From Dongiaceae bacterium (GTDB lineage: Bacteria; Acidobacteriota; Terriglobia; Acidiferrales; UBA7541): a stretch of 64,000 nucleotides of DNA. Made by a program: the position numbers and the translations under genes. Below the pieces are notes generated by a model. That model did not search any database and was not told the DNA's origin. It saw nothing but the letters and a program-made list of their open reading frames with translations. The DNA is taken from contig DATKLU010000005.1 in the NCBI GenBank assembly GCA_035542235.1, positions 779 to 64,778 of the forward strand, read 5' to 3'. Below, one piece after another: positions 63,383 to 64,000 of the stretch (its first letter is position 1; each line of letters opens with the position of its first letter).

Positions 63383-64000
63383 GTGCTCAACGCGCAGACC
63401 GGACCTGCCCTAAAGATTTCCTTCTTGCTTGCTCTCGTCGCTCTCCTGGTGTTTCTCGGAGCGGCCCAGCTCGCCGCGGACGATTCCGCGCCAGCTTACG
63501 ACGTGGTGATTTTGCACGGCCGGGTTATGGACCCCGAGTCCGGCCTGGACGCTGTCCGTAACGTCGGAATTTCCGGCGGCATCATTCGCATCATCTCGGA
63601 AAAGGAAATCCGCGGCAAAGAAACCATCGAAGCCAAAGGTCTGGTCGTCGCTCCGGGTTTCATTGACCTGCACCAGCACGGCCATGAGCCCAGGAACTAC
63701 GAGTTCAAGGCCCGCGACGGTGTCACCACCTCGCTCGAACTCGAAGTCGGCACCGACGACGTGGCCAAATGGTACGCCCAGCGTGAAGGCAAGACCTTGA
63801 TCAACTATGGTGTAAGTGCCGGCCATATTCCGGTGCGCATGCGCGTGATGAAAGACCCCAGCCCGTGGCTGCCCTCCGGCGACGCGGCGCGCCGCCAGGC
63901 CACACCCGCCGAGCAAGCCGCGATCGACGATGGTTTGCGCCAGGGCCTGAAACAAGGCGCGTTGGGCGTGGGCATGGGGATCAACTACACCCTCGCCGCC
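63383..64000 (+). CDS. secreted amidohydrolase, D-aminoacylase (N-acyl-D-amino-acid deacylase)-like, 5' part (continues beyond window)
   Basis: Not in the ORF track because there is no stop inside the window. GTG 63383 lies 5 nt after GGGGGA. The product reads VLNAQTGPALKISFLLALVALLVFLGAAQLAADD… then YDVVILHGRVMDPESG…GLVVAPGFIDLHQHGHE… (HxH metal motif). The frame is open to base 64000. Confidence 0.75.
   Translation, partial: MLNAQTGPALKISFLLALVALLVFLGAAQLAADDSAPAYDVVILHGRVMDPESGLDAVRNVGISGGIIRIISEKEIRGKETIEAKGLVVAPGFIDLHQHGHEPRNYEFKARDGVTTSLELEVGTDDVAKWYAQREGKTLINYGVSAGHIPVRMRVMKDPSPWLPSGDAARRQATPAEQAAIDDGLRQGLKQGALGVGMGINYTLAA

Overview
This is a high-GC, gene-dense chromosomal segment with about 54 protein genes and one tRNA. 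The gene content looks like an Acidobacteriota (Terriglobia-like) core genome; that taxonomic call is inference only. It rests on a TonB-dependent receptor with an N-terminal carboxypeptidase-regulatory-like domain, a PEP-CTERM protein, a CadC-like wHTH regulator fused to a TolB-type propeller, and BlaI/BlaR1, GAF-PP2C, TPR/Sel1 and PQQ-propeller proteins. Recognisable housekeeping genes are pyruvate carboxylase, 2-oxoglutarate:ferredoxin oxidoreductase korAB, lexA, a pseudouridine synthase, tRNA-Ala(GGC), two aminotransferases, three cation/proton antiporters and an MscS channel. I saw no transposase, integrase, phage gene, CRISPR array or rRNA. Many long ORFs in the supplied track are antisense or N-terminally over-extended artefacts of high GC. 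I re-set starts where a signal peptide, RBS or known N-terminus supports it. I also added one CDS (63383-64000, runs off the window) that the track omits. The most unusual item I can support is a BlaI / BlaR1(M56) module at 9.8-13.5 kb. Its sensor domain is replaced by an unrecognised 28-aa tandem repeat, and it is followed by a secreted paralogue made of the same repeat. A clear dyad operator pair overlaps the likely leaderless blaI promoter. Lesser second-look items are listed here.
- A 15-nt tandem array plus an extended -10 / leaderless geometry upstream of an exported HEISH-type M49 peptidase.
- An esterase + ATP-grasp pair translationally coupled to pyc.
- A low-GC 400-bp non-coding gap before a stand-alone PBP.
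- A PEP-CTERM protein with a (GPPS)n linker.
- A twice-repeated GAF-PP2C / M23 peptidase adjacency.
I do not see a clear defence island or biosynthetic cluster; most of the window is ordinary.
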